Source: Candidatus Elulimicrobiales bacterium
GTDB lineage: Bacteria > Patescibacteriota > Minisyncoccia > Phycocordibacterales > UBA5272
Direction of reading: 5' to 3'
DNA length: 55,621 nt
NCBI GenBank assembly: GCA_034927475.1
Contig: JAYFPW010000006.1
Coordinates: forward strand, 75,197 to 130,817
The notes beneath the pieces are model-generated. The model was not told the origin of the DNA, made no database searches, and saw only the letters and a list, made by a program, of their open reading frames with translations. This document shows positions 43,454 through 54,210 of the stretch, one piece after another (the first letter of the stretch is position 1; each line of letters opens with the position of its first letter). Position numbers and translations under genes: made by a program.

Positions 43454-44836
43454 ATGAAAGAAAAAACCTTAACTTATCGCGTCATTGCTTTTTGGATTGT
43501 AATTGGCGCAGCGTTATTGTGGTATTTGTTGCTTTATAAAACTCCAGATTTTAAATTTGGATTAGATCTAAATGGGGGAACATCTTTAACTTACGTAGCG
43601 GATTTATCAAAAGTAAACGAAGCAAATGAAGAAGCCAAAACTGCCTCTTCCTCAGTTTCCACAACTTCTGGACAAAGAGTTGATACAGTTAATAGTGCAA
43701 AATTAGATATTGCAGATAGTATGAATGGACTTCGAAATATCATTGAAAAAAGAGTAAATGAATTTGGAGTTTCAGAATCTATTGTGCGAACAGAATATTC
43801 TACTTATACAGACGAACATAGATTAGTGGTGGAATTACCTGGAATAACAGATATTGATGAAGCTATTAAAATGATTGGAGATACTCCGATTCTAGAATTT
43901 AAATTGGTAAATGAAATAACCGATCCTACAACAGGCGCAACTTCTTCAGAATTAGTTGAGACTGGATTAAATGGAAACTATTTAAAAAAGTCAATTGTAA
44001 GTTTTGATCAGCTTACTAATAAACCAATGGTAGTGATTAGTTTCAATGAGGAAGGTAAGAAACTTTTTGCTGACATTACAAAAAATAATATTGGAAAACA
44101 AATGGCCATCTTTTTAGACGGTAATGCTATTTCTTCTCCTGTTATTCAAGAAGAAATTCCTAATGGAGAAGCTACAATCTCTGGAGTTTTCACAGTCCAA
44201 GAGGCTAAAATTTTAGTTCAAAGACTTAATTCTGGAGCTTTACCAGTTCCTGTTAGTTTAGCTTCTTCTCAGGTTGTCGAAGCTACTTTAGGTAGCCAAG
44301 CTAAAACAGCTGGAATATACGCAGGTTTAATAGCTTTAGCGGTTATCGTTTTACTTATGATTCTTTGGTACAGATTGCCTGGTCTATTAGCTGCTTTAGC
44401 ACTTGTTATTTATACAGGATTAGTCTTAATGTTGTTTAAATTAATTCCAGTAGTTTTAACGGCTGCAGGTATTGCAGGATTTATTATTTCTCTAGGTGTT
44501 GCTATCGACGCTAACATTTTGATTTTTGAAAGACTTAAGGAAGAGATTCGTTCTGGGAAAAATTTAAGAGATGTTGTTGAAGAAGCTTTCAAAAGAGCTT
44601 GGACTTCAATTCGTGATTCAAACATAGCTTCAATCTTAGTAGCTCTTATTTTATTCTATTTTGGCTCAGCTTTACTCGCTGGATTTGGGCTTGTATTTGG
44701 TTTAGGTGTATTTGTTTCAATGTTTTCAGCTATGATAATTACAAAATACTTCTTAAGAGCTATTGTGCCAACTGATACCACTAAAAAAAGTTACAAGGTT
44801 ATGAAGTTCTTATTTGGGTCAGGTTTTAGTAAATAA
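43454..44836 (+). CDS. secD: Protein translocase subunit SecD
   Basis: LGLDLNGGTSLTY, a large extracytoplasmic domain, and six C-terminal TM helices with GIAGFIISLGVAIDANILIFERLKEE. Confidence 0.93.
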   Translation: MKEKTLTYRVIAFWIVIGAALLWYLLLYKTPDFKFGLDLNGGTSLTYVADLSKVNEANEEAKTASSSVSTTSGQRVDTVNSAKLDIADSMNGLRNIIEKRVNEFGVSESIVRTEYSTYTDEHRLVVELPGITDIDEAIKMIGDTPILEFKLVNEITDPTTGATSSELVETGLNGNYLKKSIVSFDQLTNKPMVVISFNEEGKKLFADITKNNIGKQMAIFLDGNAISSPVIQEEIPNGEATISGVFTVQEAKILVQRLNSGALPVPVSLASSQVVEATLGSQAKTAGIYAGLIALAVIVLLMILWYRLPGLLAALALVIYTGLVLMLFKLIPVVLTAAGIAGFIISLGVAIDANILIFERLKEEIRSGKNLRDVVEEAFKRAWTSIRDSNIASILVALILFYFGSALLAGFGLVFGLGVFVSMFSAMIITKYFLRAIVPTDTTKKSYKVMKFLFGSGFSK

Positions 44837-44853
44837 AAATAATTTTCAAATAT

Positions 44854-45813
44854 ATGTTTATCATTAAAAATAAATGGGTCTTTATAACAACAAGTATAAT
44901 TTTACTTTTAGCTTCAGCTTTTCTAATCTTCACTAAAGGTTTAAGAAGTGGTATTGATTTTACTGGTGGGACAGAAGTTGTCGTTGCTTACAAAGGTTTC
45001 ACTTCTACATCTGACGGAAAAATTGATATTGATTTTATAAAAAACAATATTGCAAATGCTGGATTTTCTGTAAAAGATGTTTCTTTACAAAAAGTTGATC
45101 CAGACGGTACAAATTATGTAACTATTAGACTTACTGGAGATATATCTCCAACAGAAAAACAAAATTTTGAAAACGCTTGGAGCTTTAATCATGATTTTCA
45201 TTATGAAGCAGAACAAATTTCCGAAACTGTAATTGGTCCATCTGTTGGAAAAGAATTAACTAGAAAAGCTATTTGGTCAATTTCTTTAGTTACTTTGGTT
45301 GTAGTTTTGTTTATTGCTATATCTTTTGCTCAGGTTTCAGTACCTGTTGCAAGTTGGAAGTATGGAGTACTTGCTGTTTCAGCGCTTCTTCACGATATAT
45401 TTATCGCTACTGGAATGTACGCTCTCTTAGGTCAAATAAATGGAGCGGAAATTGATTCTCTGTTTGTTCTTGCACTACTTACAATTATGGGTATTTCAAT
45501 TTCAAATACAATTGTTGTTTTCGACCGTGTTCGTGAGAATTTGAAATTTAGAAAATCTAATGAATCTTTTGAAGGGGTTGTCGGAAAAAGTTTAAATCAA
45601 ACTTTACTTCGTTCTTTTAACACTTCTCTTGCTATCGTTTTAGTACTTCTAGCTTTGTATTTCTTTGGTCCAATTTCTATTAGAAATTTCAGTTTAGTTC
45701 TCATCACAGGAATGGTTGTTGGAACTTTCTCTTCAGTATTTGTGGAACCATCACTTCTCGTCTTAGTGGAAAGTTGGCAGAATAAAAATAAAAAGAAACA
45801 TAAAAAAGCCTAA
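44854..45813 (+). CDS. secF: Protein translocase subunit SecF
   Basis: GIDFTGGTEV..., LLHDIFIATGMYALLG, VVFDRVREN. Confidence 0.93.
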   Translation: MFIIKNKWVFITTSIILLLASAFLIFTKGLRSGIDFTGGTEVVVAYKGFTSTSDGKIDIDFIKNNIANAGFSVKDVSLQKVDPDGTNYVTIRLTGDISPTEKQNFENAWSFNHDFHYEAEQISETVIGPSVGKELTRKAIWSISLVTLVVVLFIAISFAQVSVPVASWKYGVLAVSALLHDIFIATGMYALLGQINGAEIDSLFVLALLTIMGISISNTIVVFDRVRENLKFRKSNESFEGVVGKSLNQTLLRSFNTSLAIVLVLLALYFFGPISIRNFSLVLITGMVVGTFSSVFVEPSLLVLVESWQNKNKKKHKKA

Positions 45814-45824
45814 TTTATTTAATT

Positions 45825-45852
45825 CAAAAAAGACCTTTACGGGTCTTTTTTG
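45825..45852 (+). terminator. Rho-independent terminator after secF
   Basis: Hairpin aaaaaagacc / gggtctttttt. Confidence 0.75.
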
Positions 45853-45858
45853 TTTAAA

Positions 45859-45867
45859 TGCTATAAT
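45859..45867 (+). promoter_or_regulatory. Extended -10 element TGCTATAAT
   Basis: Lies 18 nt upstream of ATG 45886. The listed TTG start at 45850 spans this element. Confidence 0.45.
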
Positions 45868-45885
45868 GTTCACATATTTAAATTT

Positions 45886-46440
45886 ATGTTAGGAAATAAA
45901 GAATTACTTTTAAACTTTTTTAATACTTATTTACCACTAGTTACTTTAATTGGTTTTATTTTATTAGTACTGGTTTTTGGACATTATCTTTATAAAACAA
46001 AAACAAAAAGAAAATCTCCTTTTTTAGATTTCATTTCTTCCAAAGCTCTTCTTTTTGGATTTTTAGCAACTTTGTTTGGGACAACTATGTCTCTCATTTA
46101 TTCTGAATATTTAGGAGAAGCTCCTTGTGGACTTTGTTGGTTACAAAGAGTTTTTCTTTATTCTCAATTAATACTTTTCACGGTCGCGTATTTGAAAAAC
46201 GATATGAAAGTTTTCGGTTACACTATTTGGCTTTCAATAGTTGGAGGTGTCATAGCTCTTTATCATGAATATGTGCAACTTGGTTATTCAGAATTATTAC
46301 CATGCCCAAGTGTTGGAGGAATTGTGGATTGTGCTAAACCAACTTTTCTTTCTTATGGATTCGTGACATTCCCATTTATGAGTCTAACCCTATTCTTGTT
46401 TTTAATATTTTTAGCAATAGTTGTGAAAAGAAAAAATTAG
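45886..46440 (+). CDS. DsbB/BdbC-family disulfide bond formation protein
   Basis: Four TM helices. The first loop carries APCGLCWLQR (CxxC followed by QR) and the second loop carries the Cys pair CPSVGGIVDC. Confidence 0.8.
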   Translation: MLGNKELLLNFFNTYLPLVTLIGFILLVLVFGHYLYKTKTKRKSPFLDFISSKALLFGFLATLFGTTMSLIYSEYLGEAPCGLCWLQRVFLYSQLILFTVAYLKNDMKVFGYTIWLSIVGGVIALYHEYVQLGYSELLPCPSVGGIVDCAKPTFLSYGFVTFPFMSLTLFLFLIFLAIVVKRKN

Positions 46441-46441
46441 T

Positions 46442-47767
46442 ATGGAAAATTTTTCACTACAAAAATCTAAAAAAGAAAATAAATCAACTGTTTCCAACGA
46501 AGATTTAAAAAGTAAAGAATCAAAAAAAGATACAAATATTTTTAAGGAAAGTTTAAAAAAGTTGGGTTATTTTAATAAAAATAAAGCGATGTATGCTTTA
46601 GCTGCTTTCCTATCACTTACCCCAGTAATTTCTACCTCTTGTGGTTCAGAAAAAGAATCGGCTAATATTGAATGTAATTTAGAAGATAATACTATCAATC
46701 GTTTTCAAAATTATGAAGACAAAAGAAAGACAGTTGTTTTCTCAGAAGAAATGGTGGGTAGAAAAGTCGGAGAGTTGTTTAAGGATTATTTAAATATTGA
46801 ATCTGACACAATTCCACAAACAGCAGATGTTGATTATTTTACTGGAATACTGAACCTTTGGCATAAAAAAGTAAATAGAGAAAATACTTCGGAAGCGACA
46901 AAAGATAATGCTGGAAAAGTTTTGCAGACTTATTATGAAAATAAGGATTTATCCAATCTAAAGAATTTTCAAAAAGATATTTCTAGAAGTATCAAAACAG
47001 TTAACGAAAATTTAGATAGAGAAAAAATGGGGGAACATTTTAAGTTTAATGAAAAAGAGAATCAGGTTTTGAAAGATATGAGCGAACTTATTTCTTCAGA
47101 AAATCTTTTAGCTTACGGTATGACAGAATTAATGCCAAGTATTGAAGATGGAAAGTTTAATAAAGAAGTCCTATCTTTCTTGTTAGAAAATGCAGGAAAG
47201 AATTACATTTTATCAATTCCGGCATTACATGATAAATATTTATCTTTTGGTTTGTATCAATTTACTTCTTTTGCAGTAAAATCTGACACTGATGGTAAAG
47301 ATGGAGCTTCTGTTATAAATGACTTCTTAAAAAAAGAACATCAAATTCCCGGATCAGTTTCAAAATTAAAAGAAGATGATCATCATAAAGCAGCTTATCT
47401 TTTTTCTATTTATAATTTAGCAAGAGTATTAAGACAAGGGGATTTAAATTCTTTTGAAAAATTTTTAAATCAAAAAAGTGAAAAAGAAAAAAAGGAAATT
47501 ATTTCTATTTATATTGCTACTGCTCATCATCTTCCAGCTCCTTCGCGAACAGCTTTTATAAACTGGTTAAAAGTTCAAAATTCTGGTGTAAAAGGATATA
47601 TAGATATTTTAAATAAAAATAACGAAGCTCTCAAACAGTATGCTATAAAGACATCTAACAATTTATCGGCTTTAGATAAATCGTATCAAGCTTTTAAGCT
47701 TAAAGATTTTCCAAAAGATAAACCAGCTAAAAAAGCTTCAAGCAAAAAAGTTGCAAAGAAAAAATAG
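46442..47767 (+). CDS. Membrane-anchored or lipoprotein-like hypothetical protein (441 aa) with a K-rich N-terminal extension
   Basis: Starts 1 nt after the dsbB-like stop codon. The hydrophobic segment AAFLSLTPVISTSC follows about 48 polar residues. The FGLYQF segment is only vaguely reminiscent of lytic transglycosylases. Confidence 0.5.
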   Translation: MENFSLQKSKKENKSTVSNEDLKSKESKKDTNIFKESLKKLGYFNKNKAMYALAAFLSLTPVISTSCGSEKESANIECNLEDNTINRFQNYEDKRKTVVFSEEMVGRKVGELFKDYLNIESDTIPQTADVDYFTGILNLWHKKVNRENTSEATKDNAGKVLQTYYENKDLSNLKNFQKDISRSIKTVNENLDREKMGEHFKFNEKENQVLKDMSELISSENLLAYGMTELMPSIEDGKFNKEVLSFLLENAGKNYILSIPALHDKYLSFGLYQFTSFAVKSDTDGKDGASVINDFLKKEHQIPGSVSKLKEDDHHKAAYLFSIYNLARVLRQGDLNSFEKFLNQKSEKEKKEIISIYIATAHHLPAPSRTAFINWLKVQNSGVKGYIDILNKNNEALKQYAIKTSNNLSALDKSYQAFKLKDFPKDKPAKKASSKKVAKKK

Positions 47768-47774
47768 TTTAATA

Positions 47775-47808
47775 AAAAATCCGTATTGTGTTCACAATAC
47801 GGATTTTA
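47775..47808. terminator. Bidirectional terminator between convergent genes
   Basis: 12-bp stem atccgtattgtg / cacaatacggat flanked by A-runs and T-runs. Confidence 0.8.
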
Positions 47809-47809
47809 A

Positions 47810-48145
47810 TTAGTCTCCAGCATCTTCTGCTGAGTAGCTGTATCCTTTTTTTTCTTGAGTTAGCTTTTCCCAGAAATTTTGAAAATTTTCAGAAGTTATC
47901 AGCTCTTTGTTTCCCAATCTTTCTAAAATCTCTTTTTCACATTCAGAAATTTTCACGCCACCTTTATTTAGATGGATACAGTTTCGAAGATTTGTAAGAA
48001 GCCTTTTTTCTTCCTCTTCGTCTCCGATTCGCTTGGCTATTTCTCGCTCAACCTCTAAAAGCCTCAAGGATTTAGAAGGTAGGAGAATCACTAGTTTTTT
48101 AAATTCTAAAACCAGGTCCTGATTACTCATTAATCTTGCTTCCAT
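47810..48145 (-). CDS. Hypothetical protein (111 aa)
   Basis: ORF only. Charged and helical. It is divergent from the 16S promoter. Confidence 0.4.
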   Translation of the reverse strand: MEARLMSNQDLVLEFKKLVILLPSKSLRLLEVEREIAKRIGDEEEEKRLLTNLRNCIHLNKGGVKISECEKEILERLGNKELITSENFQNFWEKLTQEKKGYSYSAEDAGD

Positions 48146-48278
48146 TTTTCCTCCTTTAAATTATAAGTTAATAAACAACAATATCTACTTTCAATCATAC
48201 TATTTTCAAGTAAAATTTCAAGTAAAAATATACTAAAGTAGCTATTGTTTATAACTTTATAATTTATGGGCTTTTTAT

Positions 48279-48307
48279 TTGCATTATTTTAGGGTTTGTG
48301 CTAATAT
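48279..48307 (+). promoter_or_regulatory. Promoter of the 16S rRNA gene
   Basis: TTGCAT, 17-nt spacer, TAATAT, with TG at the extended -10 position (TGCTAATAT). Confidence 0.55.
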
Positions 48308-48455
48308 ATTTGAACCTTGATTATTGGGCGCTATTTAGTTGAAAAGAGCTTAAAAACTCTCAATGATTTGGTGCGCTATTTGTAAACATAATAAAGATTA
48401 ATTAAATATTAAATAATCGAATCCAGAAATGGATTCAAGCAAAGAATTTATACAA

Positions 48456-48475
48456 ATTTCTTTTGCTCCGTTTTT
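48456..48475 (+). other. 5' strand of the 16S precursor processing stem
   Basis: atttcttttgctccgttttt forms 20 contiguous pairs (one G-U) with 50154-50173. Confidence 0.7.
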
Positions 48476-48477
48476 AT

Positions 48478-49997
<1,520 letters not shown>

Positions 49998-50153
49998 TGA
50001 AAATCGTGCACACCGATATCGGTGCATGCATTTGTCGAACAAAAATTTATTTTTGTACAAGTTTTAATGAAACTAAAAATCATTCGAGCTACTTCGAGAT
50101 GTAGCAAAAGTCGCGTATTAAATGAGACTAAGTCTCGCAGGATAAATCGCGCT

Positions 50154-50173
50154 AAAAGCGGAGCAAAAGAAAT
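50154..50173 (+). other. 3' strand of the 16S precursor processing stem
   Basis: aaaagcggagcaaaagaaat is complementary to 48456-48475. Confidence 0.7.
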
Positions 50174-50203
50174 CGGTATAAATCAAATTAATCTCTTTAA
50201 AAT

Positions 50204-50236
50204 AAAAACCAACAATAAAGTTGGTTTTTATTTTTC
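50204..50236 (+). terminator. Rho-independent terminator of the 16S transcription unit
   Basis: Hairpin aaaaaccaa / ttggttttt followed by attttt. Confidence 0.75.
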
Positions 50237-50291
50237 ATTCTTATGCTAAAATAAAAGTATTAGTAGGTTTTAATAGGATTTGAAAAGTAAT

Positions 50292-50981
50292 ATGAAAAAT
50301 AATTTATCAACAATTTTATTAGTTATTGTGTTAGGATTTTGTCTTATATTTATTATTAGCAATAAAAACACTCATCAAGTTTCTGAAAAAGCTTTACCTA
50401 CACCAGAGATAACAGAAGGTATAAGAGGTGAAATGTTTGGTATTGATAAAAATATCAATGAAGAGACAATAGATAATTATTTAGGAAGAGCTGACAGTGT
50501 CTATAGAGATATGAGAATGCTTAAAGATCCGGGTAATTATGAGGCGATTGGGGGAGATTCATATCTTTCTGGACTGGTTAAAGGTTTTGAGGTTGTTCCT
50601 TATCCACTATTTACTCCTGTAGATGGCCTTCCACCAGAAGTTGGTGAAACCTATACAGGTGAAACTTTATTCAGTATAGGTGAAAATGGAGAATATACAG
50701 CAAATTATGAAGAATCTTTACCTTTTCTAGAATATTATTTTCCAAAAGACAAAAATATATTTTTAATGTGTGGCGGGGGAGGTTATGCAGGTATGACTAA
50801 AAAGATGCTTGTTTCACTTGGCTGGGATGAAAGTAAAATTTATAATGTTGGTGGCTATTGGTCTTATACAGGAGAAAATAATGTGGCCATTAAAAATGAA
50901 TCAAATGGAAAGACTGTATATGATTTTTGGAAAGTGACTTATCATGCTCCAGATTTTAACAGTTTACACAAAATTAAATAA
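50292..50981 (+). CDS. Membrane-anchored rhodanese-like domain protein (tentative)
   Basis: N-terminal TM helix. The C-terminal part, KNIFLMCGGGGYAGMTKKMLVSLGWDESKIYNVGGYWSY, resembles the rhodanese active-site loop and following helix. Confidence 0.5.
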   Translation: MKNNLSTILLVIVLGFCLIFIISNKNTHQVSEKALPTPEITEGIRGEMFGIDKNINEETIDNYLGRADSVYRDMRMLKDPGNYEAIGGDSYLSGLVKGFEVVPYPLFTPVDGLPPEVGETYTGETLFSIGENGEYTANYEESLPFLEYYFPKDKNIFLMCGGGGYAGMTKKMLVSLGWDESKIYNVGGYWSYTGENNVAIKNESNGKTVYDFWKVTYHAPDFNSLHKIK

Positions 50982-50989
50982 TTAAAAGC

Positions 50990-51952
50990 ATGAAAAAATC
51001 ATACATTGCATTTTTGGCGCTAGTTTTGGTAGTTGTCGCTTCTAGTTTAACAATTTACTTTTCGAATAAGAATAGAGAGAGCATGGAATTTGAAAAATTT
51101 TATCTAGACGAAGTAGAGACAAATCTTACTCACCTTTCACACAGTTTTGCATTTTTTGAAATAGATGGAGAGAAATTAAACTCTTTAATAGAAAATAAAA
51201 GTAATTTTGCTCTTTCTATATATGAGCCGTCTTGTATAACTTCTTCTAATTTTGATGGTGTGCTTAGCGAGTTTCGAGGAGTTTATAATATAGATTTTTA
51301 TAGAGTTGCTTTTTCTGATCTTAAAGAGACAGATTTGGGAGAAACTATTAAATATTATCCAAGTTTTGCAGTCTTAAAAGATGGTGAATTAATAGATTAT
51401 TTGCAAGCTGACAAAGACGAGGACAGTGAATATTATAAAAATGTGGAAGGTTTCAAAAAATGGCTTGATCAGTATATTTTTATAGCTGAAAAAAATAAAG
51501 AAGAGGTGAAAAGTTCGCAATCTAAAGAAACCCAAACTTCTTCTAAGGGGTCTGGAGCGGAAGAAACTTCTCAGTCCAAAGAAGAGATTAAAGATGTGTC
51601 AGATAAAATTGTTATAGAAGGCATTACATACAATAAAAATAAAATAAACCTATATCTTTTTTGGAGAGAGGGCTGTGTATATTGTCATCAAGAAAAAGCC
51701 TATCTTGAAACCTTAAAGAAAGAGTATGGAAACTTATTTCAAATAAATGAATTTGAAATTTCTAAAAGTAGTAAAAATATGAAAATTTTAGAATATTTTT
51801 CAGGTAAAATGGGTGATAATGTAACAGGTGTACCATATACAATTATAGGTAATAAATCTTTTACTGGTTTTGCTGATAGCTATAAAGAAGAATTTATAAA
51901 AACTATAAAAGAGCAACATAAAGATAGTTATGATGTATACTTTTCAAATTAA
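50990..51952 (+). CDS. Membrane-anchored protein with two thioredoxin-like domains (CxxS and CxxC)
   Basis: N-terminal TM helix. The first domain has SCITS ... YYPSFAVLKDGE. The second has LFWREGCVYCHQEK ... GVPYTIIGNKSFTG, that is, CxxC plus a cis-Pro motif. Confidence 0.65.
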   Translation: MKKSYIAFLALVLVVVASSLTIYFSNKNRESMEFEKFYLDEVETNLTHLSHSFAFFEIDGEKLNSLIENKSNFALSIYEPSCITSSNFDGVLSEFRGVYNIDFYRVAFSDLKETDLGETIKYYPSFAVLKDGELIDYLQADKDEDSEYYKNVEGFKKWLDQYIFIAEKNKEEVKSSQSKETQTSSKGSGAEETSQSKEEIKDVSDKIVIEGITYNKNKINLYLFWREGCVYCHQEKAYLETLKKEYGNLFQINEFEISKSSKNMKILEYFSGKMGDNVTGVPYTIIGNKSFTGFADSYKEEFIKTIKEQHKDSYDVYFSN

Positions 51953-51960
51953 AATTTAAA

Positions 51961-53013
51961 TTAGACGTTTTTATTTAAACTTTCAATCTCTTTTTCATTT
52001 AAAATTCCAGTGAATAAATTTTTTAGAAGCTGGTTTTTTATTTTTTCTGGTAAAAATTTTACCGGATTTATAAATTTATTATTTGTTTTTTCCGCTTCAG
52101 AAATAGCTTTGCGTAGTACCATAGAATCTATTTCTACATAAACAATATCATCTATATCTTTTATTTTGTTTTTTGCTTTTTGAATTTGATCTAATTTATG
52201 TTCTTTTTTTGCAGTAGCAGTTGTAAACTGAATGCCTACAGTTCTTAAAGACTCTGTATCATTTTCTTCTATACCAACACCTCTTTTCTTATTTCTTCTT
52301 TCAATAATAAAGTCTATTTTATTTTCTACATCTTGGAAAGGGTTGGCTTCGTGAACCTTAAAATCTAAATCTGGTCTATCTATAGATAAACTTTCTAGTA
52401 ATCCAATAAAGATTTTCTCTGCTTTTATACCAAGTTTGTCTTTATTCTCCTCAGTATTTCTTTTCTCTATTTCTTCATAAGCTTTACTTTTTAAAAGGTC
52501 TTTAGATTTAAATTCTTCTTTTAAATTTTTTGCTAAATCTTTAGAATATTTCTCTGTGATGATGCTGGTGATTTTCTTTTCTCTTAATATTTTTGCTAAT
52601 CTTTTTCCCTCACCAGTTTCTAGAATACTTTTCTGGAGACTAAAATTTACACCCAATCTTTGAGAAGAAACTATTTCTCCAGGAGAGATTTTATTATTTT
52701 CAAAAATGAAAGATTTTTTATATTTATCATAAGAGATTGTATCTTCTTTAGGTATTGTTGTAAACAATGAAGATAAAATTTCTTCCTCTTCTGTCAAAAT
52801 TTCTCTTCTTATTTTTGATTCTGTATCTTTTGATATATATTTTTTTTCTTCTCCTAAGTAGTTATCAGAAATCTCTTTCAATTTTCTAACAACAGGAAGT
52901 AATTCTCTTATACTATTTTTGGCTGCTAAGGCGGAAAGAGTCTCTGTTTGTGTTTTTTTTACCTCTTTCACCTCCTCCTTCTCTGAATTAAAAGTTTTTT
53001 CTAAATTTTTCAT
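51961..53013 (-). CDS. K/E-rich hypothetical protein (350 aa)
   Basis: ORF only. The C-terminal part (AEKIFIGLLE...FQDVENKIDFIIE...VGIQFTT) is only loosely reminiscent of a PD-(D/E)xK-type core. Confidence 0.45.
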   Translation of the reverse strand: MKNLEKTFNSEKEEVKEVKKTQTETLSALAAKNSIRELLPVVRKLKEISDNYLGEEKKYISKDTESKIRREILTEEEEILSSLFTTIPKEDTISYDKYKKSFIFENNKISPGEIVSSQRLGVNFSLQKSILETGEGKRLAKILREKKITSIITEKYSKDLAKNLKEEFKSKDLLKSKAYEEIEKRNTEENKDKLGIKAEKIFIGLLESLSIDRPDLDFKVHEANPFQDVENKIDFIIERRNKKRGVGIEENDTESLRTVGIQFTTATAKKEHKLDQIQKAKNKIKDIDDIVYVEIDSMVLRKAISEAEKTNNKFINPVKFLPEKIKNQLLKNLFTGILNEKEIESLNKNV

Positions 53014-53089
53014 ATTAAATTAATTATAACAATAAATGAGGAAAAACAGCTTTTGTGTATAACTTCTAAAGTTAAATTATTATTATTAA

Positions 53090-53098
53090 TGCTATAAT
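53090..53098 (+). promoter_or_regulatory. Extended -10 element TGCTATAAT upstream of pilT
   Basis: Read directly. Confidence 0.45.
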
Positions 53099-53147
53099 TA
53101 TTTTATAATGATTCGTTTTTGTTGGGATATTTATTTATATAAAAATT

Positions 53148-54206
53148 ATGGACTATAAAAGTGAGCTAAATGAATTGATTTTGACTTTAGTTAAAGAGCA
53201 AGCTAGTGATTTGCATTTGGGTGTAGGAGCTCCTCCTATTATTAGAATTAATGGTGAGCTTATTACTTTAATACAAAAACCAGTTTTAACCTCAGAAGAC
53301 ACTGTTGGATTTTTGCGGGAAATGGTGCCAGAAAGAATTTTTAATGATTTTGTTATTAAACAAGAATTAGACTTTCCTTTTGAACATTTAGGAGAATACA
53401 GACTTCGTGGAAACGCTTATTTTCAAAAAGGTTTGGTTAGTATTTCTTTAAGACTTGTACCAAGACCAAAACCTTTTGAAGAACTCAATCTGCCAAGAAT
53501 TCTAGCAGATATCTCACACTCTAAACAAGGATTATTTTTGGTAACTGGTCCAGTTAGACAAGGTAAATCTACAACTCTCGCCGCAATGATAAATGAGATT
53601 AATATGACAGAAAGAAGGCATATTATTACCATTGAAGATCCAGTAGAATATATTTTTGAAAATGAAAAATCAATTATAGATCAGAGAGAAATTGGCATGG
53701 ACACTCAGTCTTTCCGTACAGCACTTAGGCAGTCTTTTAGACAAGATATGGATGTAATTATGCTTGGAGAAATGAGAGACTTGGACACAATTTCTTCTGC
53801 GGTAACAGCTGCTGAGACAGGGCACTTAGTCTTATCAACTCTTCACACTAATTCCGCAGCACAAACCATAAATAGAATTATAGACTCTTTCCCCGCGGAA
53901 CAGCAAGATCAGGTTAGATATCAACTATCCGCATCTTTAATCGGAGTCTTTTCCCAAAGATTATTACCAACTGTAGACGGCGGACTTGTTCCAGCTTATG
54001 AACTTCTTTTAAATAACACAGCTGTTGCCAACCTTATTCGTGACGACAGAATACATGAAATTGACATCATCATTGAAACAAGTCGAGAACATGGAATGAT
54101 AGATTTTAATAGAAATCTGGCTGAGCTAGTTCGAAGTGGAAAAGTGACTTTAGAAACAGCTATTTCTCATTCACGTAATCCTAAAAACTTAGAAAAGATG
54201 TTATAA
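53148..54206 (+). CDS. pilT: Type IV pilus retraction ATPase PilT
   Basis: 352 aa. ASDLHL, GLFLVTGPVRQGKSTTLAAMINEIN (Walker A), IITIEDPVEY, DVIMLGEMRD, GHLVLSTLHTNSA. Confidence 0.9.
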   Translation: MDYKSELNELILTLVKEQASDLHLGVGAPPIIRINGELITLIQKPVLTSEDTVGFLREMVPERIFNDFVIKQELDFPFEHLGEYRLRGNAYFQKGLVSISLRLVPRPKPFEELNLPRILADISHSKQGLFLVTGPVRQGKSTTLAAMINEINMTERRHIITIEDPVEYIFENEKSIIDQREIGMDTQSFRTALRQSFRQDMDVIMLGEMRDLDTISSAVTAAETGHLVLSTLHTNSAAQTINRIIDSFPAEQQDQVRYQLSASLIGVFSQRLLPTVDGGLVPAYELLLNNTAVANLIRDDRIHEIDIIIETSREHGMIDFNRNLAELVRSGKVTLETAISHSRNPKNLEKML

Positions 54207-54210
54207 AATT

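Noticed and set aside
49998-50291. I searched for 23S, 5S or tRNA-Ile/Ala genes downstream of the 16S gene.
   Set aside because: There is no tRNA-like cloverleaf (no GGTTCGAATCC-type T-arm) and no 23S 5' sequence. A terminator and protein genes follow. I conclude the rrs gene is unlinked.
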